From Ylistrum balloti (taxonomy: Eukaryota), in the NCBI RefSeq assembly GCF_031769215.1, contig NW_026781956.1, positions 1,984,001 to 2,048,000 on the forward strand: a DNA stretch of 64,000 nucleotides. Direction: 5' to 3'. Position 1 is the first letter of the stretch; every line of letters starts with the position of its first letter. The notes below the pieces were generated by a model. It was given only the letters and a program-made list of their open reading frames with translations, was not told the DNA's origin and did not search any database. A program made the translations under genes and the position numbers. Below are positions 1 to 14,792 of this stretch, piece after piece.

Positions 1-1811
1 CTTGTTCGTATGGATTTTCTTATTGTATGTGGTTTCTGATTTATGTGAAAGTGTGCAGATCACTAATCATTTGTCAGTTGGCACTTTTGACCCTAGTTTA
101 TTATTGTCCCAGATTGTCTGTAAAACAGGTACTGGACATAGGCGAACAAGGAACAAGAGCTTAATTGTGTATACATGACAACTTATCTCTCCTTCAACAA
201 AAATTATTCTCGTATCACTGCCAACGCCTCACTTTTGGTCGTGCTGATGAGCGTCCGTCCAAGGAATCGAATGGATTCTGTCCAAAAGTTAACAAAGAGC
301 TATAAGATTCAGACAACCAATCACACAGTGCAGAAAATTAGCCTCTTTACAGTATAATCGGACCGAACAAGTTGTCAAGCTGCTGTGTCTAGGTTCAATA
401 TTTCAATACGATAGCACTGTACAAACGGTCTTTAGCCCAACGTCTTCGTATGAACTGTAGTAAGACGGTAAAACATTTACAAGTGGACCTGCATAACTCA
501 TTGATAAAAAAAATTAGGGAACGAATTTCTACACTTTAAATGTACATGTCCGGATGACAGTGTAACACACACGTGTTTCTCCCAGTTTTTTATTACATGT
601 TTCCCCTTTCAAAACAATTGTGAAATTATAAGCAAAATTAAATATGATATATGCTTGATATATCTATACATTATATATATTCTGGATATAGCTATACCGT
701 TCCTGAAATGTCTCTTCGTGATTAAGTGTCTTGCCATTTCTACGTGAATGGACACGGTCATTGTAAGTGTCTGTCTATTTTACAATAATCATATTTGTCA
801 TTACGTTGAATGACATTCGTTTTGAGTTTATACCAATCTCCAGCACAATACAATGTTTATACTGATTCTATTCTCATCATAGAGATGGAGGAATGACCAC
901 TTTAGTAATTTTCACAATGTACATATATACACGATGTATATAAATTTGATACAAATGCCCTAGTTAACGCCACACCTCAATTATTATAGTTGTATTAAAT
1001 GGACGGGCATGTCAATATATAACAATATTCACCAAAAATGACCTTAAAATGAGTTACCTGTAAAGGCAGTGATTTTTTTTCTTATAACTTTGTTAAGCTA
1101 GCATGAAAGTATACTTCGGATTATGATATGGTTATCCTAATCATTGCCATAGAAGGCCCTCAATTAACCCAGTCTAGAATAGAAAGTTCGGGAAGTATAA
1201 GATAACAAACAAAAAAACTTATCAATTCTGTTTTAGTGTTACTTGATTTTAAGCATGCGCCAAATTTTGTTATTTTGTATAAAAATATTTAAGTAAGCTG
1301 TATATATTATATGTGTTTTTCAGTTCACAGTTACTATAATAGTCATACAAAAATGATTCGTCGGATTGCCTTTTTGCAAAGAATATTGCTATCGGGCGAT
1401 TGTGTTTATCATTAGCATTTTTGAAGTACACCAATTCTTCTTTAAGACATATAAAACCCTTATAATTTCTAATTTGTTATTGATTACAACGGCATGTCAA
1501 CACTACATGCTAAGGTGGTCAGAATATACAAATAACTGATATAACTGATAACTAATATATTATTTATATCCAACAAAGCTTTACCTTATATAAAACATAC
1601 AGAAGGAAAATCAGTATTGTGTATTCACAGATACATAAAGCCAGTGTATAAAGGTGTTCTATCAGGACAATTCACAAAGATCTTTACCATCCATTATCAC
1701 AGTAAGACGGCCTTCGCCATACACCAGTACACTTAACGAAGACTTGTATCCACGGGAAATTGTAATCAGTTAAGCGTGTCCTAGATAACAATTTGTAACC
1801 TTGAGAGGTCG

Positions 1812-2047
1812 ATGTGGAAGGTCCCTCAAGGAGGGTGTGTGACTATTCATCAGTTACAAAAATCTTCTGTTTTGATCTGTGGGAGGGATGTAATTATCAC
1901 AATTTCATTTCAGACATCATACTTTTCTCGGGCTATGTGGAAGGGCCCCCAAGGACGGTGAGTGACTATTCACCAGTTACAAAAATGTTGTGTTTATATC
2001 TGTAGGAGAGATGTAATTATCACAATTTTATATCATAAATCATACTT
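1812..2047. repeat. Diverged two-copy tandem duplication, period ~123 bp
   Basis: atgtggaagg...gactattca(t/c)cagttacaaaaat...gatgtaattatcacaattt occurs starting at 1812 and again at 1935. Confidence 0.85.
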
Positions 2048-3217
2048 CATTCTTTATCTGCTGTTACATTTCATCAGTTCCATAACATTGATGTGATATT
2101 TAGCATTAATTCAATAGGTCGCTTCCGATTAAACGTGAACATTAATTGTACTATGATGTTTTATATAAAGCGTTGGGTATCGAATAATGTATAGTATATA
2201 GTATATTTGTCAACAGTCAGCCAACATTTTAAAATTTAAGTGATGAGGGGTACTAGCTTCAAAATTAAATAAATTTCATAAACTTCATAACCGCGCCACT
2301 TTTCGAAGAATTAAAGTTTAGCATGCAGTTTACTTCAAACGCTTGGGACTAAAAGTCAATCATGTGTATCTGCCACATGTAAACTCCAAGAATTTTTTTC
2401 TATGGTAGTGTCTTAACAAGGTATTCCTTTAATTAAAAAATGTGATGTCGGTACTAGAACTATCATATTTGTACAGCTTACACGTCTATATTGTTTACTT
2501 AGTGACAGACACATCCCAGTCAGATAAAGCTAAGGGCAAATTGTGTAGTTAACCGATAACAATGCCCTTCTAGATGTACGTTTCTAACTCAAGTATGTGA
2601 TGTTGTCCACGTATGCAAGGTAATAGATATTAAGGGAGTTGCCGATGGACACAGCTGGCTGGCTCGGGAAGAGGAGGGTGTTTGGAGGGGGGGGGGCAGA
2701 TAGTGGTTGGGGGGTGGTGGTGTGCTTGATTTAATTTGCATTGATGAGTTGCTGTGAATGTGTTATTATGTAATATGCATTTTCTGGTTATCTTAGTGGT
2801 GTAACAATACCATTTCATTATAAATATTATGTTATTTTGAAGTAGCTAATAAAAAGGTCAGCTTTTATCCTATCATTGCCTGCAGTTTATCTTTGATAAT
2901 TTCTAACATTTTCATGTTGTTAACTTTACACATGGTAAACTAGTGTCTAGTAATAATAAAACAGAAAAATAATTCCTGTTGCAACTTTATCCATAAATAT
3001 TCGTTGATTTAGTCTAAAGGAATGTATTATATCAATACTAGTACAACGGGCCAAACGTTTTCAATCCATCGATGTCGACTTACCAGTATCTAAGTTTCTA
3101 AGTACATATGAATGCTTCAATTCAATTGTTTAAATGTAATAAAACATTGATTTTACTATTTTCCAGGTATAGATAATATAATGATTAGTTATCGATGTTT
3201 TTATCTTTTGTTTTCAC

Positions 3218-5028
3218 TTTCAGTATATGTTGCTATATCACCAGACAAAGACAATAATATTCAGTTTATGCTGCTATATCTCCAGACAACTTTCACTATA
3301 TGTTGCTATATCTCCAGATAACTTTCAGTATATGTTGCTATATCTCCAGATAACTTTCACTATATGTTGCTATATCTCCAGATAACTTTCAGTATATGTT
3401 GCTATATCTCCAGATAACTTTCACTATATGTTGCTATATCTCCAGATAACTTTCACTATATGTTGCTATATCTCCAGATAACTTTCACTATATGTTGCTA
3501 TATCTCCAGATAACTTTCACTATATGTTGCTATATCTCCAGATAACTTTCAGTATATGTTGCTATATCTCCAGATAACTTTCAGTATATGTTGCTATATC
3601 TCCAGATAACTTTCACTATATGTTGCTATATCTCCAGATATCTTTCACTATATGTTGCTATATCTCCAGATAACTTTCAGTATATGTTGCTATATCTCCA
3701 GATAACTTTCACTATATGTTGCTATATCTCCAGATAACTTTCAGTATATGTTGCTATTTCAGTATATGTTGCTATATCTCCAGATAACTTTCACTATATG
3801 TTGCTATATCTCCAGACAACTTTCACTATATGTTGCTATATCTCCAGATAACTTTCAGTATATGTTGCTATATCTCCAGATAACTTTCACTATATGTTGA
3901 TATATCACCAGATAACTTTCACTATATGTTGCTATATCTCCAGATAACTTTCAGTATATGTTGCTATATCTCCAGATAACTTTCAGTATATGTTGCTATA
4001 TCTCCAGATAACTTTCACTATATGTTGCTATATCTCCAGATAACTTTCAGTATATGTTGCTATATCTCCAGATAACTTTCAGTATAAGCTGCTATATCTC
4101 CAGATAACTTTCACTATATGTTGATATATCTCCAGATAACTTTCAGTATATGTTGCTATATCTCCAGATAACTTTCACTATATGTTGCTATATCTCCAGA
4201 TAACTTTCACTATATGTTGCTATATCTCCAGATAACTTTCACTATATGTTGATATATCTCCAGATAACTTTCAGTATATGTTGCTATATCTCCAGATAAC
4301 TTTCAGTATATGTTGCTATATCTCCAGATAACTTTCAGTATATGTTGCTATTTCTCCAGATAACTTTCACTATATGTTGCTATATCTCCAGATAACTTTC
4401 AGTATATGTTGCTATATCTCCAGATAACTTTCAGTATATGTTGCTATATCTCCAGATAACTTTCAGTATATGTTGCTATTTCTCCAGATAACTTTCAGTA
4501 TATGTTGCTATATCTCCAGATAACTTTCACTATATGTTGCTATATCTCCAGATAACTTTCAGTATATGTTGCTTTATCTCAAGACAAAGGCAATAACTTT
4601 CAGTAGATGTTGCTTTATCTCAAGACAAAGGCAATAACTTTCAGTAGATGTTGCTTTATCTCAAGACAAAGGCAATAACTTTCAGTATATGTTGCTTTAT
4701 CTCAAGACAAAGGCAATAACTTTCAGTATATGTTGCTTTATCTCAAGACAAAGGCAATGACTTTCAGTAGATGTTGCTTTATCTCAAGATAAAGGCAATA
4801 ACTTTCAGTATATGTTGCTTTATCTCAAGACAAAGGCAATGACTTTCAGTAGATGTTGCTTTATCTCAAGATAAAGGCAATAACTTTCAGTATATGTTGC
4901 TTTATCTCAAGACAAAGGCAATAACTTTCAGTAGATGTTGCTTTATCTCAAGACAAAGGCAATGACTTTCAGTATATGTTGCTTTATCTCAAGATAAAGG
5001 CAATAACTTTCAGTATATGTTGCTATTT
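3218..5028. repeat. Minisatellite: 32-bp units (~3290-4560) followed by related 41-bp units (~4560-5028)
   Basis: 32-mer actttca(g/c)tatatgttgctatatctccagata (period measured 3301 to 3333); 41-mer actttcagta(t/g)atgttgctttatctcaagacaaaggcaata (period measured 4561 to 4602). Confidence 0.98.
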
Positions 5029-5164
5029 TGCCATATGAAGAAAATAACTCTCAGAATGGTTGCTATACATGTATTGTTTTAATAAATGAAAGATATGAAC
5101 TGTTAGAGAGACGAATCTTTAAGCAATTTTAATAGAAAGGTAAATGATTAGTTTGTCAACAATC

Positions 5165-5932
5165 CTGATCATCACAATTAAAAGCGGCATTGTCATTTAA
5201 ATTGCCTTCTGATAGTTCCTATCCATGGCAGCACTCAGTTTTAATGCAAACAAATAGGGTAAAAGCAGTTATAGTTCGGAAAGAAAGTCAAATCCTGATT
5301 CGATAGGTTTTATGGTGTAATAGTTTTATGAGACAGAACAATAAAATGCATTGGAAAGTTTGGTTTTTCTTCAAATATTTTCCAGGTCATCGTTCTCAAA
5401 TGTCAACAGGCTTAACTTTACGACAGAAATGAACATAATTTGTTATGAACATAAAGACATCTTGCTGGTCCATTGTGCTCCTCTTACAGAACAAGCTCCT
5501 TTGTAAAAAGACTTTCCTAATGCATTAGTTAACTGTTTCCGTTTCCTAAAAATAATGGACAGTCCTTAAAAGTTTTCAGCGTGACGTCAATTTCTGATCA
5601 CTTAAAAAGGTAGTAAATACTGTTATTTGATGAAAACATATCAATCTGAAGCTTTTCTTCCGTTTGGATAAAATTTCAAAGGTAGTTTCTCAGTTGATTT
5701 TTAGCTTAATTGTATGTTTTATCAGTTGGCGTTTCAGTCTACGACTAAATAAATTGGTTGAAATAATAGTGTTTCAATCTTATTCTTCAGAATACCAAGA
5801 CTTAGCCTATATGGAGCCTTTATCTATGTGAAATAAACCTTGAAAAGCAAGGTGTAAGATGTCAAAATGTTCAATGACCATTGGTTTAGTTGCTGATCTC
5901 ATTGATGGCTTCGATCTCCTTTGAGAACGCCG
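5165..5932 (-). mobile_element. Possible extremely decayed non-LTR retrotransposon RT relic
   Basis: Minus-strand fragments AFSKEIEAINEISN*TNG, LFCKRSTMD, TITAFTLFVCI and AFNCDD lie in the order and roughly the total span (~750 nt) of the LINE RT motifs (PF..ELxxAI..KxxG, GFRxxRSTxD, LSPxLF, YADD). Each match is weak and there are many stops and frameshifts. Confidence 0.3.
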
Positions 5933-8900
5933 TTTATGAAATATTTACAATATGGGTGTCATCAATAAATAAAAAAAAACATCTACCCTAGCCTGATTCT
6001 CATTGTACCCAACAGTCATCATGATTATCATGATTTTGTTCATAGTTTTCCCTCGTTTAATTCATCTTTGGTTTGATTTTTGTAAACATGTTGGTTTTAA
6101 CTAATTTAAAAGGAAATACACAGTAACTATACGAGAAGTTGAATTATCTTCACCGTTATCATTTTTCACTAGAAAATGCCCATATCAATTTAACTAATAC
6201 TTCGGTGACGCGAAGTTGTTTCTACAACGGTTCAGTATTTACATAACATGTCAAAATGGACCAGCAAAATGTATAAAATCATAAATATAACATTTACTGT
6301 AAGTGGACTTAATTGAAACGACGGCCATGAGACATTGATTTTTTTTCCAAAATTGTTTGGCATTAAAGTAGGTTGAAGACAGGGCATAATAATAATAACA
6401 TCGTATTAACGCAGTTTTTATTGTTTATTTAAGATAATGAGTAGTTTGATAAAATAAATTTTGCGTCGCAATGGCGGCTCGATCAATTCCAAATGTAATC
6501 ACCAGACGATATCGTTAGAAATATACAGACAATTTACTTGCCCGATTCAATTGTATGACATCAAATGCCAGTTTGCATCCTTCTCCAAATCGATACAAAA
6601 ATTATAAACGTCATTCTTTTTTGTAATCTACATGTGATATTGACCACCTGCTTGTTTAAATGACCTACTTTGTATAAACTAATTCGTTAATTTACGTTCA
6701 TGTTGCTTGTTGTTGTGATTGCCACAGGAAAAACATTTTCTCTATGAGAAATTTCTAAAGGACGGTTTTTAGTTATAAGACAGCTCTAATTGTTTACTGG
6801 AACAAGATGCGGCAACTACCACAATGATAACTAGCCCTATTGCCGTTTTGTTTGAAGAATGAAAAATACGCTCAAGGTGACCAGGTCATCCATACTGTCG
6901 ACATACCGAGTAACAAGTAAGGACGTCCGACAAGTTGGAATACAAAGTTTATCTTTTCTTGTACTAGGACAAGCTGGATTTATCTAGTTTTTAAGATATG
7001 TTTTCTATTAAAGATATCATCACTATAGCTATGTTAACATCTTTCTTCCAATTTTAACGTCACGGTTAAACGGCACAGCTTATTCTGGTGATTCCTGTGC
7101 TTTTGGGTGAGAAATATTATTCAGTTCCTAGTTTTTTCCCTTTAAAATATCAATTAATATAAAACGTATTCATTTACTGTTAAATACATATATATATATA
7201 TTCAATAAATATTCTCGTAAATACTAAAGGCATATTGCCACACTTAAAAAGTTTTTGAAAAAGAAAAGCATGGTATCAAACACAGGAAGAGATGTAAGTT
7301 CCCCTCCAGCCCGCACCTCTTGTTTCTTTTTCTGAGAGATGAACTTTTAGAAAATCTGCTTTTCACATCTGTACGAACCAAATGACATTTGAAGAAATTT
7401 GACCTCGTTTTCCTTCTTCTGTTTAGAGGAACATCTGTGATAAGGTGAAATAGTAAAGGAGAATACAGATGTGTATTGATATACTTAATGGTTGAAAAGG
7501 CAAATGTATTTTTATTTCTTCTCCACTTCAATGTTTAATACACTCATTCAAATATGAAGAAGGTTTAGATTCCCAGATTGTCTTCATTAAGTGTTTGCGC
7601 GTTTAATACATACAAACACACTTCAAGGTACTTCACAAGAAATTTCAAAACGCAACTATGATTCTATCCACATACTTCTCCATTGCTAATTATATACGTT
7701 TCAAACGTTTCACGAACATTATTCCTTAGTTTGATACTATTAAAGAAAATGATGTTATCATTCATTTAATTTTCAGACATGTTTTGAGTATTATTGACAT
7801 AAAAAGGTAACGCGACTATGGGATGCCTAACTATCAGTTATAAACAGGTGTGCTTGGTTTGAAAATCTATTAAGCTGATGGTTTACCTCGTGCGTTCCTG
7901 ATAACCCTCCGTGAGCGCGGTTTTACCAGACTGGTACTATGTTGGTGTTTCATCAGTGGACGTTCAGCAGTGGTACAGTAGTAGTGGGCGTACATCTACA
8001 AAGTAATTTTGTTTTGTATATGTGATATTTTAAGTCATAGGATATTGTCAGCTGTGATCTATGAATACTATTTTGTGTCTAAGATGTTTACGGAATACTA
8101 TTTGTATACATGCCTTGCGAATATTGGAAAATATGGTTTTTAACCGACAGTGCCCAGCTGAAGCCATATGATGAAAAGTAAAGACCTTATTGAATATTAG
8201 TGTTATAACTACAACTGGTAAGTATATATATAATTATTTGATCCTGTACTGGTGTTAATTTCGATGTTATAGATAGTACTATGAAAATATAGGTATTGTA
8301 AGCACATGTTTGCTTTTTTTGAAGTTTCGACATCAGATCAAATAACAGATTGAGTTCTAAAAGGTCAAATACATGTATATACAAAATGTCATTTAATGTC
8401 AACGTACAGTTTAACAAGTGAATGTGAAATGCGTTAACAACCAAAACTAGAATGTTTTTGAGATCGGAATGTCGAACACTTCATTAAACAGTATCCAATT
8501 AATGTTGTGATTATTTCGCATAAGAAAGCTACCACGTATACATGTTTTTGATCAAATTTAACAGGTGCTGTAAGAATGGCTTTTTAACTATTTACTATTC
8601 AATTTCATCAATAGCATTTTATACAAATGATAATTTGTCATTAAAATCGCGGTAAAATCAATTCGTTTGGTTATGGATATGAAGCTACATGAATCTCAAA
8701 TGTTTCAGTCAAAGTGTTTGATCCTGAATCTGTACTTAATCTGTCGGTTCCAGATGCTTTATCGATCAGCATTGTGGTATGACTATGAATTTCCATTGAT
8801 CAGCACCTTTACTTACAGTCTCTAAAATTGATCATGTTATTTTCATTTTTCAATCGTTTCTCCCGTCGCTATGATTGCACCCAACTTACCGTTTTGTTAA

Positions 8901-10556
8901 GTGTTTAAGCTAAATAAGAGCTAAATCAGTTCTCTTTGTATCTTATGTAGTGGCAGACGTCCTTCATTGACAAAACATAAGATCATAATTCACGTCCTGG
9001 TCATTTCAGAGACTGGTCAGTCTGGGGACGATATTACACGTAAAAGCAATGAAATATGATAGTGAAAGTATAAAAACGCTGGTGCTTCACATTACCACAG
9101 AAAATTGATCACGTCTTCTGACTAAGTAGACGATATAATATACACAAAAATAAAAATGTACATTTACTTATTTTCTGAATATATCAATATTTCGTATCTT
9201 TCATCTTTTGTAGGCATTTCTAACAATTCACAGGAATTTGATAACATATCCACCTATGAATGGAAACGTTATGTATTAAAGTCAAATTTAAAACTCTGCG
9301 TTTTACTCTAGTGTTAGTGTTATAAAAGATTCTACTTAAACAACTTCTCTCAATGTGAAACCACAAAATTGGTGAGTTCATGCTGATCGACCCGTACTAT
9401 TTGAAGCTTGGTTTCCTTAGTTTTTATTTGGTGTCTTTTTACAGCATATAATGTCGATATAATGAACTAATAAAGATACATACATTTTTGTATTAACATA
9501 GTGTTAAAACATCATTTTATGTAAATGTTTATTTTCACTTTCATCCTCCTTCAGTTTGAGTTGTTTGGTTTATAAGTGTTGAGTAAAGGATTTTTGTAAA
9601 TAATCAAGTGATAGCTTCGGTCCGAAACGTCAGAATATATGGCCGAATATACCAAATAACTTTGTAAACAATCCACTATGGTTTAGTTATAAACGGTACA
9701 GAACGGCAGCTGACCTTGTTTCAGCTTGTTGTTGTTATGATAAATTGTTCTCCCAATACACAAACAGAGCAGAACAAAATGCATAAGTGATTTAAAATGA
9801 TATATAGTTTTTCACGTAATGATTACGCATAACTATTCACAAATTGGAAAATGTCGGTATGAATAAAATCTGTCTCCATTTTGTTAAATGCTATATAAAC
9901 ATATATACATGATGCCATTTTAACTGACATTTTAATACTAACTCTGTTATCTTATTTGATCACGTGATACGGCTCCATTCTAGTATAGTATAACACTATA
10001 AACAGTATCTTTAAAGCGTACGACTTATTCTAGGTCATACTGTAATTAATGTTTAATTAGCATGAATTAAATTCGTCATCTTGTTATCTTCATGAAGCAG
10101 AAAATAAACCCATATAAATCTCTTTATAAAACAAACCGCGTAAAGAAAACATTTAAATCGTCTTGGGTTCAATTTCCTGCATCGCTTTGTCTGCCGCAAA
10201 ATAAATTATGATGAAGCTCAGTTAATACCGTGCAATAATAGCGTGCCATTTTTACAGTTGTAGCAGTCTTTATGATTTTCATTTATGTCAGTTTTAAACA
10301 CATTTTGATTAAGTACTTTTCAATTTCATGATGAACTTTTACTTAAAATCATTGTTGTTTTATTGATATCTATATGTATGAATATTTTTGTATATAATTG
10401 TTAGCCTTTTCAATGAAACAAGAATAAAGCGAAATGTCAACAGAATTTTAATTCAAACCAAAAAAGCAGTTGAACGAGGCAAAATATGAAAGAAAGATTA
10501 ACATATACCATCCATATTTATGCAGTCTAACCATGTCAATAGTGTTCTCAAAATAG

Positions 10557-10719
10557 NNNNNNNNNNNNNNNNNNNNNNNNNNNNNNNNNNNNNNNNNNNN
10601 NNNNNNNNNNNNNNNNNNNNNNNNNNNNNNNNNNNNNNNNNNNNNNNNNNNNNNNNNNNNNNNNNNNNNNNNNNNNNNNNNNNNNNNNNNNNNNNNNNNN
10701 NNNNNNNNNNNNNNNNNNN
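10557..10719. other. Assembly gap (163 N)
   Basis: Run of N; the ORFs spanning it in the ORF track are artefacts. Confidence 1.
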
Positions 10720-11622
10720 ATTCATCAGGCTTATGACTGAAATTATGCAATAGATCACAGTAATCGTAATAACCCAGAGATGTAAAACGTCTGGTGTGCT
10801 TAATTTCAAATACCTGTGACATAGACCAGACATCAATAAGTATCTTAAAGTGAAATAGAATGACTCAAGAACGTCTTTTAATTATTAAGACCAGTTTTGT
10901 TAAGTTCTTGCATAAATTCACTCTCGAACGAAAACAAAAATAAGTCTGCTAGGATAGGCACAGTTGGTCTCCATGGATATGTCAATCGTGTTTGGCACAT
11001 TTTACACTTTTTAAACTCAAAATGACGCAGATAGCGATCTATAATCAGATTGATTTGAAATAAAACTTCTCGTAGGGATCATCAAAAGTGGAAGGTAGTT
11101 TGCAGGAACATTGCAATTTGATAAATAGTCCTGATTTTTTTCATGTTCGTCGTATGAGAAAAGGAAAACGCAAAATGAGTGAAACTTGATGAAATCACAA
11201 CTGCTACATGAAGTATGGAAAATACTATGACTTTTTCTCTGTATCCTAGATCATTAAGCATTAGTGGACAACACAAATGACCAAAAGGCCACCGTGATCT
11301 TGAAGTGGTCAATAACCATATTAATTAAATACGTATATTCAGGAATGCTTATTACCATATTGAAAACACATAAAAAATTCTGTGTAACACAATCCTTGAA
11401 GACCATCAGCAATAACATATGTGAAAATAACATATGTTCTACTGACGCTCTCACATAGTGCATCATTTTCCTCCGGCAAACATCTGGTAGTCCTGAATAC
11501 GATTTATATACCCTTACAATTCAGCAGTATTCTTGTGTTCGTTATATGGTTGGATACATCAATATTTAAATGTATAACTAACAGGATATATAGGCGGCAC
11601 TATCTCCGGATTGTGACGTATA

Positions 11623-11682
11623 ATCTGTTACGTGAATGTTTTCATCGATATAAGAATCATCTGTTACGTGAATGTTTTCATC
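11623..11682. repeat. Short direct repeat (24-bp copies, period 36)
   Basis: atctgttacgtgaatgttttcatc at 11623 and 11659. Confidence 0.9.
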
Positions 11683-14600
11683 AGAGAGATATAGAAATTT
11701 AAGAGCACTTTAGATTTTAATTTTTACATTGTAACAATGCAATAAATTTCGAGGAAATTATAATGATGATAAGGATATTTTGTTATTTTAATGCCTGTTA
11801 CGACGTCCTCGAACGTGTTGGGTTAGCAAAGACTCGATATTCTTACGTTGATACCCGATCCTATGTTTCAGACACTGGAATAAAGAAAGGCCAACTGACT
11901 TTATATTCAACCGGTTGAACGACAAACTAAAATGATTTATTACTCTCGATTCGAAAATACGAAGAACTTAAGTTGTTCGTTCTATATGTATGTTTGTTGT
12001 AAAGATGTTGCTGAAAGTTACATCAAAAGAGCCATCTCTTGGTTTAAAAGGCGCAAAAACAGCAGAATTAAGGTATTTACAAATACAATATGTATTTGAG
12101 ACTTTTGTCTGTAGCTTCCTACACCTTAATGAGGATGTCGTCTGTTCGCTGTAATAACACGCCATGTTTTCTTCTGCCTAAACGGACAGAAAAACTACTG
12201 GAAGAATAACAATATTGGTGATTCATGGTATGCAGGGTTCTGCTTACTGCTTCGTAATTATATTAATACATTTTATTTTTTGCGAATGAAAATCAAATAA
12301 CAAAGTATTATCAGATTAAATGATTGCTGTTAGTATCAATGTATGAATAGAATGTTTGGATGCATCTTGATAGAAGTTTCTTACATGTTCTAGCTACATA
12401 ATGTGTGGGCTTGTTGACGCACAAAACATCCTGGCTCTCAACGTATGAGCTTTGATAATATTTATCGTAACGCCATACTCAATCAGCTGAATGTAATAAC
12501 ATCATGTAGTTAGTACTGTTTTATGTTGTTCATTTTGATACCGAAATATCCGGAAAGACAATAAAACCAGTGAAAGTTAATTATTATAGGAGTTAACTTA
12601 TTATTCGATACACTTTTTGTTCCTCTGAGACAAGCTTACTGATCATAGGCGGGCTTAATCGATAACTCGTTTGCAACATGTTGAATCACCTGATCACAGT
12701 TAATCAATAGTTATATATCAAAGATAATAAGCTGTTGGATAAACAGGAAATCTTAAGAAAACATTTTACCATTTCTATAATGATATAAATGTACTCTCCA
12801 AATCAAGGTTAAAATATTATAATAATGAATTAGTTTGAAGTAATACAGCTGACCTCCTCACAAGAGACCAAACTCCAGTCATCATTGTTTACGATCATAA
12901 GATCTTTCTTCAGCATTCTTTTTTTTTTTAATTCAATTTTAACCCATATAAGGAACTTCTGTGTCCACTTTGTGAAGGATCGTCACAACATCATTTTCAT
13001 TATTTCAGCATGTTGTTTTGCCTATACTGCAATACTTTTGCATACCATAATAGCATAATTGATAGTATATCGTAAATGCCTTGTCCGCTCGTTCGTCAGT
13101 CTGTAGTAGAGTTTTTTGCACAAGCTGTCCCAGAATTTCTTCACAAAATAAGGTTAAAGGACCCATCACAGTAGAATAGTGTGGAGTTACATACATGGTT
13201 AGATTTTAATGAACTTCAAAGTATCTAACCTCACATATGAAACAGACTCGTGTCTGCTCTAGGTGGGGTTATTTCTCCATAACTTGTTGAAATGTTGATA
13301 TCAAACTAAGGTCTATATTCTAGATTTGGCCTGGTTATCAATTAAGCGAAATATAGTTATGTTACTTTAAAGAAAGAGACTATCAAGTTTACAGATATTT
13401 GATCGGCGATTCATAACAGATGGTTACCCTATATAGATGAAAATTGTTCTCTTATCAGTATTCTATTTCAGGGTTGGTGTACTATTTGTTTCTTATCTTT
13501 ATTAGCATTTTCTAATCTGATATAAAATCCTTCGAGAAGTATACTCTAACGTTGATAATACAAATTAATGAACACACTGTCTTTGATTAACTCGGTTAAT
13601 AATTGGACCTGTACACTCCATACACCTTCATGGTAATCATTGTAATTTGACACATTGATGGAACGATTCGATTATTTCTTCGACCACGAAAAAGAATTAA
13701 TTTGATTAACAAATGCTTGAAGTTTCCATAGATAAAGTTTCGGAGCGGTATCGAAAAATCTCACCCATTAGAACGTTAGTCTTCCTAACCTCAAGTAAGG
13801 ATCCGAGGTGCATAGTTTGTTGCTCGCTACCGGGCGTAACGAAGTGGTTGTTTCCATGGACAAGAAACTTAAGCCTAATTGCACTGTCATTGGCATACGA
13901 TGTACATTCTTTCCATGACGTCTACCAAGTGGATATTGAAGATATTAATACAGATCTTACAGCCCTTTTTCAACATTTATAGTTTTGTTTTTTTTCTTGT
14001 CTACACAGTTTTCCAAGATTTTTTTAATTATCATTATTTTCCTTATATTGTTCAACAAATCACGTCATATATTTTTAAGCTCGGTAAAACTGTCTTACAT
14101 CATTAGTTCAAAAATTGACAAGAATATACCGAAATGTGAACACAAATTTGCTCGAACGAAACTTCAATGAGCCAGAACAAAATGTAAACAGAAGAAAGAT
14201 TTAAATTAGGATCCCCGAATACGTTCAGGTGGCTAAGACCCGATATTCGCATTTAACTCTGGCATGAAGGGAGGAGGAATGCTTGCTACGAAGTTGCTTT
14301 TGAAGCCAAAAAGATGAAAGTTAACATGAACGTTATCCGACAACTTCACATCGGTCAATAGAATAGTGTGAAATACGCCGGCCACAAGTTATAAGACACA
14401 ACTGATTTCTGTATTTCTACATTTTATGTAGCCAAACAATGTAAATATGGCCATGATAAGGTATCTTACAGGAAGCATTCGTCATCAATCTGGCTTCGAC
14501 TTTGAAACCCTATTCACGTCGTTAAGGAAGGATTTATACGAGATTACCAGCCCTCCCTAGTAAACAGCAACAAGGATTATATTTGGAACAAGATTGCAAT

Positions 14601-14792
14601 AGAAAAGGATATAACGGTATAATGGCGAATTGTTGTGACCTAAGGTTTACAGTTATTTTGCTACCATTCCATTTCAAATGTTGTTTTTATTTTTCGTTGA
14701 TGTAATTTCCATTAAGATTTGCAATAAACCCACACCACAGCATTACTAATTCCTGGCCTATTGTATCTCATGTCTCTGTTAATATAGTAATT

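Noticed and set aside
9605-9635. Hammerhead-ribozyme-like gtgatagcttcggtccgaaacgtcag
   Set aside because: The CUGANGA core is absent and no complete stems I/III were found. Other ctgatga hits (245, 38274, 47101) lack stem II/GAAA geometry.
10448-10836. ORFs spanning the N run
   Set aside because: Gap artefacts.
13005-13320. Possible further PLE fragment (ADKA, GMQKYC)
   Set aside because: The matching words are in an order inconsistent with the PLE ORF; likely chance.
14340-14560. FDFETLFTSL, resembling PLE RT motif FDFSTLYT
   Set aside because: A single short motif; flanking similarities fall in conflicting frames. It needs a profile search.
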